Origin: Patescibacteria group bacterium
Lineage (GTDB): Bacteria > Patescibacteriota > Patescibacteriia > Patescibacteriales > JBAZCA01
DNA length: 64,000 nt
NCBI GenBank assembly: GCA_041661405.1
Contig: JBAZUL010000008.1
Coordinates: 3,640 to 67,639, forward strand
Reading direction: 5' to 3'
Below the pieces are notes generated by a model. That model had not been told where the DNA came from. It did no database searches and saw only the letters and a list, made by a program, of their open reading frames with translations. A program made the position numbers and the translations under genes. The stretch's first letter is position 1, and every line of letters starts with the position of its first letter. Shown here in pieces: positions 27,524-36,128 of this stretch.

Positions 27524-28840
27524 ATGCTGGACATAAAATACATCCGCGACAACGCGGCAAAAGTTAAAAAAGCGGCTAAGGATAAAAATATCAGCCTTGA
27601 CGTTGACCGGCTTTTGGAATTGGACGAACAAAGGAGAAAAATCATGGCCGCTATTGATGATTTGAGGGCGAAACGGAACGAACTGGCTCAGGCCGGCAAA
27701 TCCGGAAAGCCGTCGGGTGAACAAATTGAAAAAGGTAAAAAATTAAAAGAGGAAATCGCGGGAAAAGAAGATGAACTAAAAAGCACTGAAGGGGAGTATG
27801 AGGCTTTAATGGTTAAAACGCCGACCATTCCGTCAGCCGATACGCCAATCGGAAAAGATGAATCCGGCAATATGGAAGTGTTTAATTCCGGAGAGCTTCC
27901 GAAATTTAGTTTCCAGCCGAAAAACCATATTGAGCTGGCGGAAAATCTTGACATCATAGATTTTGAGCGCGGCGCCAAAGTCGCCGGCTACCGGGGCTAT
28001 TACCTTAAAAACGAAGGCGCGTCGCTCGTCATGGCTTTAATGATGTTCGCCTATAATAAAATGATCTCTAAAGGATTCGCGCCGTTTATTCCGCCGACCA
28101 TGATAAGAGAATTCGCGCTTTTCGGCTCCGGATATTTTGACGGCCGCGAGTATAATCCGGAAACCGACAATATTTATCAGGTAGCCACCCGCGACAAGGA
28201 ATTAAGCGGCGAGGTTTCCAGAGAAAAAAAATTCCTTATCGGCACGGCCGAACCATCTTTGCTGGCTTATTTTTCTGATCAGGTTTTAAAGGAAGAAGAT
28301 TTGCCAGTAAGAGTCTGCGGTTTTTCGCCCTGCTACCGCAGTGAAATCGGCAGTTATGGCAAAGATACTAAAGGGCTTTACCGCGTGCATGAATTTTTTA
28401 AAATTGAGCAGGTAGTCGTTAGCGCGGCCGATTACGATGTTTCAACGGCCTTGCAGGAAGAGATGGTCGCGATTTCAGAGGAACTGCACCGCGACCTCGG
28501 CCTGCCTTACCGGAAATTGCAGATTTGCACGGGCGATATGTCAGCCGGAAAATATCGGGCTTTTGATCTTGAAGCCTGGCTGCCGGGAACCGGAAGATGG
28601 GCCGAAACCGGATCGGCATCCAACTTTGCCGACTGGCAGGCAAGGAGGCTGAATATAAAATATCAGGCCAAAAACGGCGAAAGAAAATTTGCTTTTTTAC
28701 TGAATAATACAGCCCTGCCTTCGGTCCGGCCGCTTATCGCTATCCTTGAAAACTACCAGCAAGCCGACGGTTCGGTCGTTATCCCGGAAGTATTAAAGAA
28801 ATATATGCCGGAGGGGATGGAAGTTATTAAAAAGAAATAA
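27524..28840 (+). CDS. serS: Serine--tRNA ligase
   Basis: MLDIKYIRDN start, an N-terminal coiled coil, and the TAEPSL, CYRSEIGSYG and NNTALPSVRPLIAILENYQ motifs. Confidence 0.92.
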   Translation: MLDIKYIRDNAAKVKKAAKDKNISLDVDRLLELDEQRRKIMAAIDDLRAKRNELAQAGKSGKPSGEQIEKGKKLKEEIAGKEDELKSTEGEYEALMVKTPTIPSADTPIGKDESGNMEVFNSGELPKFSFQPKNHIELAENLDIIDFERGAKVAGYRGYYLKNEGASLVMALMMFAYNKMISKGFAPFIPPTMIREFALFGSGYFDGREYNPETDNIYQVATRDKELSGEVSREKKFLIGTAEPSLLAYFSDQVLKEEDLPVRVCGFSPCYRSEIGSYGKDTKGLYRVHEFFKIEQVVVSAADYDVSTALQEEMVAISEELHRDLGLPYRKLQICTGDMSAGKYRAFDLEAWLPGTGRWAETGSASNFADWQARRLNIKYQAKNGERKFAFLLNNTALPSVRPLIAILENYQQADGSVVIPEVLKKYMPEGMEVIKKK

Positions 28841-28921
28841 TTTTTTCACCGGCAAAATTCGGTAAATTCGGTCATTTTCCAATAAAGCTCATTTTAAAAT
28901 ATTTAATTAATAAATATTTTT

Positions 28922-29425
28922 ATGGGAATTGAAAAGCAGGAAAAACCCATAACAGGGACGTCTGAATTCAAAATTTCGCACCCCGATCTTCTCCCCGAGG
29001 ATAAAGCCGAAGTTGACATGATTTTTGGCCACGGCAGTAAGCTTACCGCGGATTCATTTAATGCCTGGAGCGGGCTTACTTTTAGGACTGAAAATAACCT
29101 CCATGAGGTTGATCCGGTTTCTCATTATGATGAATATCTCACCCGGCTTTTTGAAGAAGAAATAAAAAACCTTCTAAAATACAGCGAAGCGGAAGATAAG
29201 AAAACCGAGGCGAAAATTTTAAGAAAAAGATTCGCCGCTAAGCAGAGGTATATGATGGAATTAAGCGACCCTGAACAAATTGCAAAGTTTGACGAACTGG
29301 CCGACGACTTCAACAAACTCAGGGAGAGAATACTGGAAGAAAAGAATATAGATGACAATAACTATTTTTTACATTGGGCAAATGTAATTTGTCACGAAAA
29401 AAAGAAGGTAAAAAAAACTTTATAA
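28922..29425 (+). CDS. Hypothetical protein
   Basis: 167-aa ORF with a charged helical C-terminal half. No family recognised. Confidence 0.5.
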   Translation: MGIEKQEKPITGTSEFKISHPDLLPEDKAEVDMIFGHGSKLTADSFNAWSGLTFRTENNLHEVDPVSHYDEYLTRLFEEEIKNLLKYSEAEDKKTEAKILRKRFAAKQRYMMELSDPEQIAKFDELADDFNKLRERILEEKNIDDNNYFLHWANVICHEKKKVKKTL

Positions 29426-29428
29426 AAC

Positions 29429-30559
29429 ATGCCGTTATCATTAAAAAAACGCATCCTTTTTTCCGGAGGAGGAACAGCGGGCTCGGTAAGCCCGCTTTTG
29501 GCAATTTACGATGAATTGACATCGCCTCCGGCCCCTCTGATCGGAGGAGGGGAAACAGGGGAGGGGTATGAATTCCTTTGGATAGGCACAAAACATGGCG
29601 TTGAGCGGGCGATGGTGGAAAAAGAAGGCATCCCCTTTAAAGCCATCTATTCAGGGAAACTCCGCCGATATTTCAGCCTGAAAAATGTTTCGGACATCTT
29701 TTTTTTAAAGCTTGGATTTTTCCAGTCGCTTTTTATCATGCTTAAATGGCGGCCGAATCTCGTTATGTCCGCCGGCGGGTTCGTTAGCGTCCCGGTCGTT
29801 TTCGCGGCTTGGTGCTTGCGCGTTCCCGTTATAATCCATCAGCAGGATGTCCGGCCGGGTCTGGCTAATAAGCTCATGGCTCCTTTTGCCAAAATCATCA
29901 CAGTAACGTTTGAAAAATCTCTCGTTGACTACGGAAAAAAGGCCGTCTGGACAGGGAATCCGGTAAGGCAAAGCCTTGCAGAAAACAGACGACAGAAAAC
30001 AGACGACAGAAATTTTGAATCGTCCAGCAACTTGCCTGTGTTGCTAGTTGTCGGCGGCGGAACCGGTGCCATGTTCATAAATAATCTGGTTGCCGAATCA
30101 TTGAGTGAGTTAACCAAATTCTGCCAAATAATCCACGTTACAGGAAAAAACAAATCACCAATCCCTAATCACCAATCCCTAATCACCAATTACCATTCAT
30201 ACGAATTCCTTCCGGCCGATAAAATGGCCTCAGCCATAAAAAAAGCCGACCTGGTCGTCACCCGAGCCGGCATGAGTTTTTTAACCGAGCTTTCAATTTC
30301 CGGCAAACCGTCAATTATTATTCCAATCCCGGATTCGCATCAGTCTGATAACGCCGGGTATTTTGCCGAAAGGTCTGCGGCGATAGTCTTAGAGCAGGCT
30401 GGACTCAGTCCGGAAAAATTTGTTTCGCGGATAAAACAACTTCTGGCCGACGTTAAGGCTCTAGAAAAACTTAGGGCGAATATAAGCCGGGTCATGAAGC
30501 CGGGGGCAAGCGTCGAAATAACAAAAATTATTAATCAATTATTGCTCACCCGCCCATAG
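29429..30559 (+). CDS. murG: Undecaprenyldiphospho-muramoylpentapeptide beta-N-acetylglucosaminyltransferase
   Basis: ILFSGGGTAGSVSPLLAI N-terminal G-loop, LLVVGGGTGA, and the C-terminal ...TRAGMSFLTELSISGKPSIIIP region. Confidence 0.85.
   Translation: MPLSLKKRILFSGGGTAGSVSPLLAIYDELTSPPAPLIGGGETGEGYEFLWIGTKHGVERAMVEKEGIPFKAIYSGKLRRYFSLKNVSDIFFLKLGFFQSLFIMLKWRPNLVMSAGGFVSVPVVFAAWCLRVPVIIHQQDVRPGLANKLMAPFAKIITVTFEKSLVDYGKKAVWTGNPVRQSLAENRRQKTDDRNFESSSNLPVLLVVGGGTGAMFINNLVAESLSELTKFCQIIHVTGKNKSPIPNHQSLITNYHSYEFLPADKMASAIKKADLVVTRAGMSFLTELSISGKPSIIIPIPDSHQSDNAGYFAERSAAIVLEQAGLSPEKFVSRIKQLLADVKALEKLRANISRVMKPGASVEITKIINQLLLTRP
29979..30013 (+). repeat. In-frame heptamer/14-mer array inside murG (CAGAAAA CAGACGA x2.5)
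   Basis: CAGAAAA CAGACGA CAGAAAA CAGACGA CAGAAAT, encoding ..ENRRQKTDDRN.. Confidence 0.9.
30153..30194 (+). repeat. In-frame heptamer/14-mer array inside murG (AATCACC AATCCCT x3)
   Basis: AATCACC AATCCCT AATCACC AATCCCT AATCACC AATTACC, encoding ..SPIPNHQSLITNYH.. Confidence 0.9.
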
Positions 30560-30595
30560 CAATACGCGTAGCGTTTCGGGCGGACTGCTTACTAA

Positions 30596-31066
30596 TTACT
30601 GTTTCCCGCATTCTTCCGCGAACTTCTTAATCTTTTCATCCGAGAGAACTTTAGCTACTTCAGTAGTTTTTAGTCCCAAGGTCGCCACCGGTTTAACTCC
30701 GAGAATTTCAGCTATTTCCGCGAACGCTTTCTCATCGCCCGAGCCGCCCATGGTCGCGAAAAACGCGGCTTTTTTTATTTTGCCTTTGTTTTTCCCGACA
30801 TACGAACGGACTAAACTGCACATGTTCCAGCCCCAGATCGGCGTTCCGATTATTACCAGGTCGTACGCGACCGGGTCTTTCGCGAATTTAATTTCCGGCA
30901 AAACTTTTTGCATAGCTTCTTTGCCGCAGAGAAGATAGCCGACAACGCCTTTGCGATTTTTGTCGTCGGTTATTTCGTCCAGTTCGGCATTCAATTCGCC
31001 GGCCAGTTTTTCCGCGACTTTTTTCGTCATTCCCGTGCGGGAATAATAGGTGATGAGGGTTTTCAT
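30596..31066 (-). CDS. Flavodoxin-like protein
   Basis: MKTLITYYSRTGMTKKVAEKLA start and IIGTPIWGWN. The 52 upstream codons of the tracked ORF (to 31222) look non-coding. Confidence 0.75.
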   Translation of the reverse strand: MKTLITYYSRTGMTKKVAEKLAGELNAELDEITDDKNRKGVVGYLLCGKEAMQKVLPEIKFAKDPVAYDLVIIGTPIWGWNMCSLVRSYVGKNKGKIKKAAFFATMGGSGDEKAFAEIAEILGVKPVATLGLKTTEVAKVLSDEKIKKFAEECGKQ

Positions 31067-31264
31067 GTTTTTTCTTTTATAGTTGTTATTAATTTTATTG
31101 TAATTTTTCTGAACGCGCGCGACTGTTAGCAGGCAAGGAACGAGCGATTTTGCTGAATGGCAGAAATATCTAAAGTTCTTTTCGACCGAAGGAAGAAAAG
31201 AACTTGCGCAAGGGAATTTCAAATTTCATTAATGTTATGGAGCGCAGAGCTAAAATTAGGCATC

Positions 31265-31708
31265 CTAAATATTCTTCGTATATTGAACATATGCAGTTTG
31301 ACGGTAACCTTGGTTTTTCCAAAACTTGGGTGCTTCAGCTTTAGAATTTACCAAGAGGTCTATTGCAGGTATTCCTTTTTTCTTGGCGAGAGCTTCCAAT
31401 TTACTTAGAAGAGAAGCCGCGACCTTTTTTCTTCGAAAGTTCTTATCAACAACAAGGTCTTCAATAATGATGTGGTTGCCGTCCGGCCAGGTTAGTTGCT
31501 GACAAAAAATCAGCCCGACCACTTTTCCATCTTTCTCTGCGTAGAGGCAAAGCCCTTTAGCTTCATTATACAACATCTTTAATCGTTTTAGGGCTGATTT
31601 TTTGTCCCATTTTTCATTGTAAGGCTTCTCAGAAAAAACTCTAGTAAAGAGCGGCGCCAGTTTTAATATTTCTTTCTCTGATTTTATTGCAAGCACTTTA
31701 AAATCCAT
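31265..31708 (-). CDS. GNAT family N-acetyltransferase
   Basis: IIIEDLVVDKNFRRKKVAASLLSKLEALAKKKG acetyl-CoA-binding region. Confidence 0.8.
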   Translation of the reverse strand: MDFKVLAIKSEKEILKLAPLFTRVFSEKPYNEKWDKKSALKRLKMLYNEAKGLCLYAEKDGKVVGLIFCQQLTWPDGNHIIIEDLVVDKNFRRKKVAASLLSKLEALAKKKGIPAIDLLVNSKAEAPKFWKNQGYRQTAYVQYTKNI

Positions 31709-31760
31709 AAATATTTAGGAGGCCTAATTTTAATTTCGCCTAACGAGGGACACCCGCGCG

Positions 31761-31808
31761 CGTTAGACAAAATATTACGCGAGCGGAGCGAGTGTATTTT
31801 GTCTAACG
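31761..31808. repeat. Perfect 14-bp inverted repeat (stem-loop)
   Basis: CGTTAGACAAAATA (31761-31774) pairs with TATTTTGTCTAACG (31795-31808) around a 20-nt loop. No flanking T-tract. Confidence 0.8.
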
Positions 31809-31959
31809 TTAGGTGTATCTGAAGTTTAACGCCGACTTTATTGGTTAAAGTGTATCATTATTGCTAACTTATTTCAATGCACTAATCGTGGAATATTAGC
31901 TAAGCTAAGGTGTTAAATTTGGGCGTAGCCAGATATGCCGTGTTGTCGGAAATATTTTT

Positions 31960-32316
31960 TTAAATAATTTTTATTACATTATCTAAATCAAAAACTTCAT
32001 CAACTGTTATCAAAATTGCATTTCGGGCAGGATTATTTTTGTCAGCATTTACGCAAATATTAAAATACTTTCCTGAGTTAAAAATTTCAACAGTACCTTT
32101 AATTCGATAATATAGACCATCACTTTTGGCAACAACACATATCTTTCTATTTTCAGACAAATTTTTAATGGTGGTCGTCATTTGAGCGTCTGCGACCAAC
32201 AATTTATCATCATGGAATCCTAGCGAAATCACAATATTTGCATGAGGTTCATGTTGGGCTGTGCAAGTCGACAAAATTAATTCCTGCCCTTTTTTGAAAA
32301 CGTTTTGCCAAGACAT
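31960..32316 (-). CDS. Pyridoxamine 5-prime-phosphate oxidase-like (FMN-binding split barrel) protein
   Basis: 118 aa. Size and beta-rich pattern (ILSTCTAQHEPHANIV..KICVVAK..YYRIKGTVEI) resemble the family. The gene is markedly AT-rich. Confidence 0.5.
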   Translation of the reverse strand: MSWQNVFKKGQELILSTCTAQHEPHANIVISLGFHDDKLLVADAQMTTTIKNLSENRKICVVAKSDGLYYRIKGTVEIFNSGKYFNICVNADKNNPARNAILITVDEVFDLDNVIKII

Positions 32317-32375
32317 AGTGGAGAAAAAAATTATTTAAAAAAATATTTCAGCTAACTCCTTAATAGCAAACTAAT

Positions 32376-32404
32376 TTGACTTAATGCCTAAAATTAAATA
32401 AAAT
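32376..32404 (+). promoter_or_regulatory. Candidate promoter for murC
   Basis: TTGACT (32376-32381), a 17-nt spacer, then TAAAAT (32399-32404). Confidence 0.45.
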
Positions 32405-32476
32405 AGGGGAGTAGCGGGTAGCTAAAACTTATCTTTATTATACAGCAAATTTGCTAAAATCCGCAAATATCAGAAT

Positions 32477-33877
32477 ATGGACCTCTCTAAAATTAAAAAA
32501 ATCTACATGATCGGGATTAAGGGGGTCGGGATGACCATGCTCGGCCAGTTTCTCGCGGAAAAAGGATTCGCGATAAGCGGTTCGGATACGGCGGAAAAAT
32601 TCATGACCGAAAAAGCGCTTAAAAAAGCCGGCATTCATGTTATTGAAAATTTCAATGAAAAAAATCTTCCTTCTGACGCTGATCTTATTATCCATTCACT
32701 CGCCTACAATCCGGAAAATAACGCCGAAGTAGCAAAGGCGCGCGCCGGAAAAACTAAAGTCTTAAATTACGGGGAAGCGGCCGGAGAGTTTTTTAACGAA
32801 TATTACGGCATTGCCGTTTCCGGCTCGCACGGAAAAACAACGACTACAGCCTGGCTCGGGTATGTCCTCTGGAAAGCGGGCTTAAATCCGAATGTCATGG
32901 CCGGCTCGCACGTCCCCCAATTCGGCGGTACGAGCCTTAGCGGTGCTTCTGATTATCTTGTCGCCGAGGTGGATGAATACGGCAACAAATTCCAGCATTA
33001 CCGGCCGCGGGCAATTCTCTTAAATAACATTGATTACGATCATCCGGATTTTTTTCCGACTGTTGAAGCCTATGAAAAAGTATTTATTGAATTCATAAAA
33101 AAAATTCCAAAAAAAGGTTTTCTTGCCGCTAACTTTGACGACCCGGTTGTCCGGAAAATCGCCCGGGTAAATTGTTTAGGCAAAGTTATAAGCTACGGAC
33201 TGAATGATCCTGAGGCTGATTATATCGCCTCGGAAATAACCCAAAAAGGCGATCGCCAGTTTTTCCGCGTCAAAATGCAGGGCGATGATCTTGGAGCTTT
33301 TTCCATCCGGCTTTCCGGCCGGCATAACGTCCTAAACGCTCTGGCCGTAATCGCCGCCTCGGTTGAACTGGAAGCGCCGCTCGCGGAAGCGAGAGTTGCG
33401 CTTGCCGAGTTTACGGGAACCGATCGGCGGATGGAATTTTTAGGCGAGTATAACGGCGCGAGAATTTACGACGACTACGCGCACCATCCGACTGAAATAA
33501 AAACTACCCTGGAAGGAGCGCGCGTTGCCTATCCGGACAAAAGGTTAATCGTGGTTTTTCATCCGCACACCTTTACCCGGACCATAGCTCTTTTGGAAGA
33601 TTTTGCCAAAAGCTTTGCCCCGGCCGACGAGCTCATTATTTTAGACATCTACGGCTCGGCGCGGGAAAAGCAAGGCGGCATCCATTCCCGGGATCTAGTG
33701 GAAAAAATAAACGAGACTAACCGCCGGTCGGGAAGAGAGCAGGATGTCCGCCATATCGCCACGCTCGCCGAATGCGAAGAATATCTGCGCGACCGTCTTA
33801 CGCGCGGCGATTTATGCCTTCTCATGGGCGCCGGGGATGTTTTCCGAATCGGAGAAAACCTGATTAAAAACACATAA
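32477..33877 (+). CDS. murC: UDP-N-acetylmuramate--L-alanine ligase
   Basis: IGIKGVGMTMLGQFLAEKGFAISGSD and the P-loop GSHGKTTTTAW, with Mur ligase central and C-terminal domains. Confidence 0.92.
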   Translation: MDLSKIKKIYMIGIKGVGMTMLGQFLAEKGFAISGSDTAEKFMTEKALKKAGIHVIENFNEKNLPSDADLIIHSLAYNPENNAEVAKARAGKTKVLNYGEAAGEFFNEYYGIAVSGSHGKTTTTAWLGYVLWKAGLNPNVMAGSHVPQFGGTSLSGASDYLVAEVDEYGNKFQHYRPRAILLNNIDYDHPDFFPTVEAYEKVFIEFIKKIPKKGFLAANFDDPVVRKIARVNCLGKVISYGLNDPEADYIASEITQKGDRQFFRVKMQGDDLGAFSIRLSGRHNVLNALAVIAASVELEAPLAEARVALAEFTGTDRRMEFLGEYNGARIYDDYAHHPTEIKTTLEGARVAYPDKRLIVVFHPHTFTRTIALLEDFAKSFAPADELIILDIYGSAREKQGGIHSRDLVEKINETNRRSGREQDVRHIATLAECEEYLRDRLTRGDLCLLMGAGDVFRIGENLIKNT

Positions 33878-33921
33878 ACAACAAATGAAATAAGGATGTG
33901 AGCATTGAAAAATTTCGGAAT

Positions 33922-34875
33922 ATGGCGCAAATCTTAAATCTCAAAATCAAAAAAAACATACCCCTCGCTCCGCTTACCACCTTTAAAATCGGCGGTCCGG
34001 CAAAATTTTTTATTGAAGTAAAAACTAAAGGGGAGCTAAAAGACGCTGTTATTTTTGCCGAAAAAAATAAAGAAAAGATTTACATAATCGGCGGCGGAAG
34101 CAACCTGCTTGTGAATGATGCCGGAGTGAACGGGCTGGTAATAAAATTCGCCGACAAAAGCGTAAAAATCGCAAAAAGCTCGCTATCCGCTGGTGCCGGA
34201 GCAAAGCTCGCCGACGCGCTTAAAGCCGCGGCCGAAAAAGAGTTGACCGGCTTGGAATGGACAGCCGGAATTCCGCGGGCGACAATCGGCGGGGCGATCC
34301 GGGGCAATGCCGGAGCTTTTGGAACGTCTATGGGAAAATATGTAAGCGAGGCGGAAGTTTATGATTTAAAAAAAAATAAATTTATAAAACTCTCGCGCGC
34401 CGAATGCCGCTTTAAATACCGGGAAAGTATTTTTAAAGAAAAGGATAATTATCTTATTTGGGAAGCATCACTCGCGCTGAAAAAAGATGATCCGGAAAAA
34501 ATTAAAAACCAAATCATGGAAAATATAAAATTAAGAAAAAACACGCCGGCAATGCCTAGCGCCGGAAGCGTATTTAAAAACCTAACTCTTGTCGAAATAA
34601 AAAAAGCCAATCCAAAACTGGCGGAAAAGCTTATTCAAACAGAAGTGGTAAAGCGCGGTATAGTCGGCGCCGGGCTGATAATTGACAAAATCCTTGACCT
34701 TAAAGGAAAAACAATCGGCAACGCGAAAATATCTGAGGAACACGGTAATTTTATTGTTAATGCCGGAGACGCGACCGCCGAAGATGTTATTACGCTTATA
34801 AGTTTTATTAAACAGCAATGCCGCGGCAAACTCGGCTTGGAACTCCGGGAAGAAATCCAGTATCTCGGATTTTAA
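33922..34875 (+). CDS. murB: UDP-N-acetylenolpyruvoylglucosamine reductase
   Basis: LAPLTTFKIGGPAKFF, IIGGGSNLL and SAGSVFKN. I prefer ATG 33922; the tracked start is GTG 33898. Confidence 0.9.
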   Translation: MAQILNLKIKKNIPLAPLTTFKIGGPAKFFIEVKTKGELKDAVIFAEKNKEKIYIIGGGSNLLVNDAGVNGLVIKFADKSVKIAKSSLSAGAGAKLADALKAAAEKELTGLEWTAGIPRATIGGAIRGNAGAFGTSMGKYVSEAEVYDLKKNKFIKLSRAECRFKYRESIFKEKDNYLIWEASLALKKDDPEKIKNQIMENIKLRKNTPAMPSAGSVFKNLTLVEIKKANPKLAEKLIQTEVVKRGIVGAGLIIDKILDLKGKTIGNAKISEEHGNFIVNAGDATAEDVITLISFIKQQCRGKLGLELREEIQYLGF

Positions 34876-34888
34876 ATATTTAGATACT

Positions 34889-35200
34889 ATGAAAATTGAT
34901 CACGGTTTCCAGCAACTCGGCGATTTCCTTACCGGCGCGAAAAACCCGAGGAAAAAACCGCCGGCTTATGAATGGCAGGATCTTGCTCTTAGCATAATAA
35001 AAGACCTCGGCGTGCCGGGCTTTAAAAGGAGTTCAGTTTTTAAGATTGCCAAAGAAATGCCGAAAAATGCCATCTTGAACGCCTTGAATGATACGAAAGA
35101 ACTCTGCCAGACGGGAGAGAAATGGAAATATTTTTTTAAGATAATAGATAACTATAACGGCGGAACAAAAAAAGACGCCGATCCGACGCCAAAAACTTAA
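34889..35200 (+). CDS. Hypothetical protein
   Basis: 103-aa ORF (..YEWQDLALSIIKDL..KRSSVFKIAKE..). No family recognised. Confidence 0.5.
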   Translation: MKIDHGFQQLGDFLTGAKNPRKKPPAYEWQDLALSIIKDLGVPGFKRSSVFKIAKEMPKNAILNALNDTKELCQTGEKWKYFFKIIDNYNGGTKKDADPTPKT

Positions 35201-35255
35201 CTTCACATAAATACGCATATAAGACTTACTCACGCAAATCTGCAACTAAAAATGT

Positions 35256-36044
35256 TCAGAGTTTAAATTCCATGACCATATAGCCGATGCCGAAAGGGGA
35301 TTCGTACGAAAGCAATTCAGGCCGCGCTTTAATTCCGTCAAGGATGCCGAGCAACATGGCAATGGATTTAAGTCCGCATTCGCAGGCTTCATGGACGAAT
35401 TCAGAATCAATTTTTAACAGCTCCCCGGTATTAAGATCGCCCAAAAACTCAATCACTTTTTTATCAAATTTTTTTCCTTTTGATGAATAACCGGCCGGCG
35501 ATTCTTTTGAAAGCCGGTGTGAAAGATCGCCGGACGCGACTACGGCGATCCGCTCTTTTGAAACAAGAATCTCCCTTTTTAAAAGCTGACCGAATTCAAA
35601 ATTAGCCAAAAGACTTAACCCGGAATAATAAACCGGGATGATTTTTACTTTAGGCAGGTGCGAAGTAAGAAGCAGAAGCGGCACAGAAGACCCGTAATCC
35701 AGTTTGGATTCGGTAACCATCTGAACCGGGGCGCGGGTTTCCAGCCTTTCCCGGATTTTATGGGTAAGCATTATATTTCCAGGGAGCGTTGATTTAACCG
35801 AAAAATCGCCGAAGCTTTCCATATTAGCGGTAAACTCCGGGCTCTGATTCAGGCAGAAAGAATTTTCGTAAACACAGCCGTGCGGGGAAATGATAATAAT
35901 AGTGTCCGGCTGGCTCGCGTAAAGATCGTCTTCCAACTTCTTATAAGCCGCGGCGGTTTTTTTCAGCTTAGCGGCATTTTTTTTCCCGACCGAAGGAATG
36001 ATTAAAGGAGGGTGAGGAACGATGGCGGAGAAAATTAGAGACAT
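35256..36044 (-). CDS. Class III extradiol dioxygenase subunit B-like (LigB/Memo-like) family protein
   Basis: N-terminal IVPHPPLIIP, IIIISPHG and VVASGDLSHRL motifs, typical of the LigB-type fold. Confidence 0.6.
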   Translation of the reverse strand: MSLIFSAIVPHPPLIIPSVGKKNAAKLKKTAAAYKKLEDDLYASQPDTIIIISPHGCVYENSFCLNQSPEFTANMESFGDFSVKSTLPGNIMLTHKIRERLETRAPVQMVTESKLDYGSSVPLLLLTSHLPKVKIIPVYYSGLSLLANFEFGQLLKREILVSKERIAVVASGDLSHRLSKESPAGYSSKGKKFDKKVIEFLGDLNTGELLKIDSEFVHEACECGLKSIAMLLGILDGIKARPELLSYESPFGIGYMVMEFKL

Positions 36045-36047
36045 ATA

Positions 36048-36075
36048 TTCAATTTACAATTGTCAATTTACAATT
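36048..36075. repeat. Tandem heptamer array ATTCAAT TTACAAT TGTCAAT TTACAAT
   Basis: Four exact-period units lying 3 nt from the start of the minus-strand gene that begins at 36044. Confidence 0.8.
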
Positions 36076-36128
36076 AAATTTAAGCTTTTAAATTTTCAGT
36101 GACGTTTAATTCTTTGAAAGATTGATAA

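Noticed and set aside
31067-31222. 52-codon N-terminal extension of the flavodoxin-like ORF
   Set aside because: Flavodoxin-like proteins begin at the MKTLITYYSRTG phosphate-binding strand. The extension is Cys/Asn/Lys-rich and looks like intergenic sequence.
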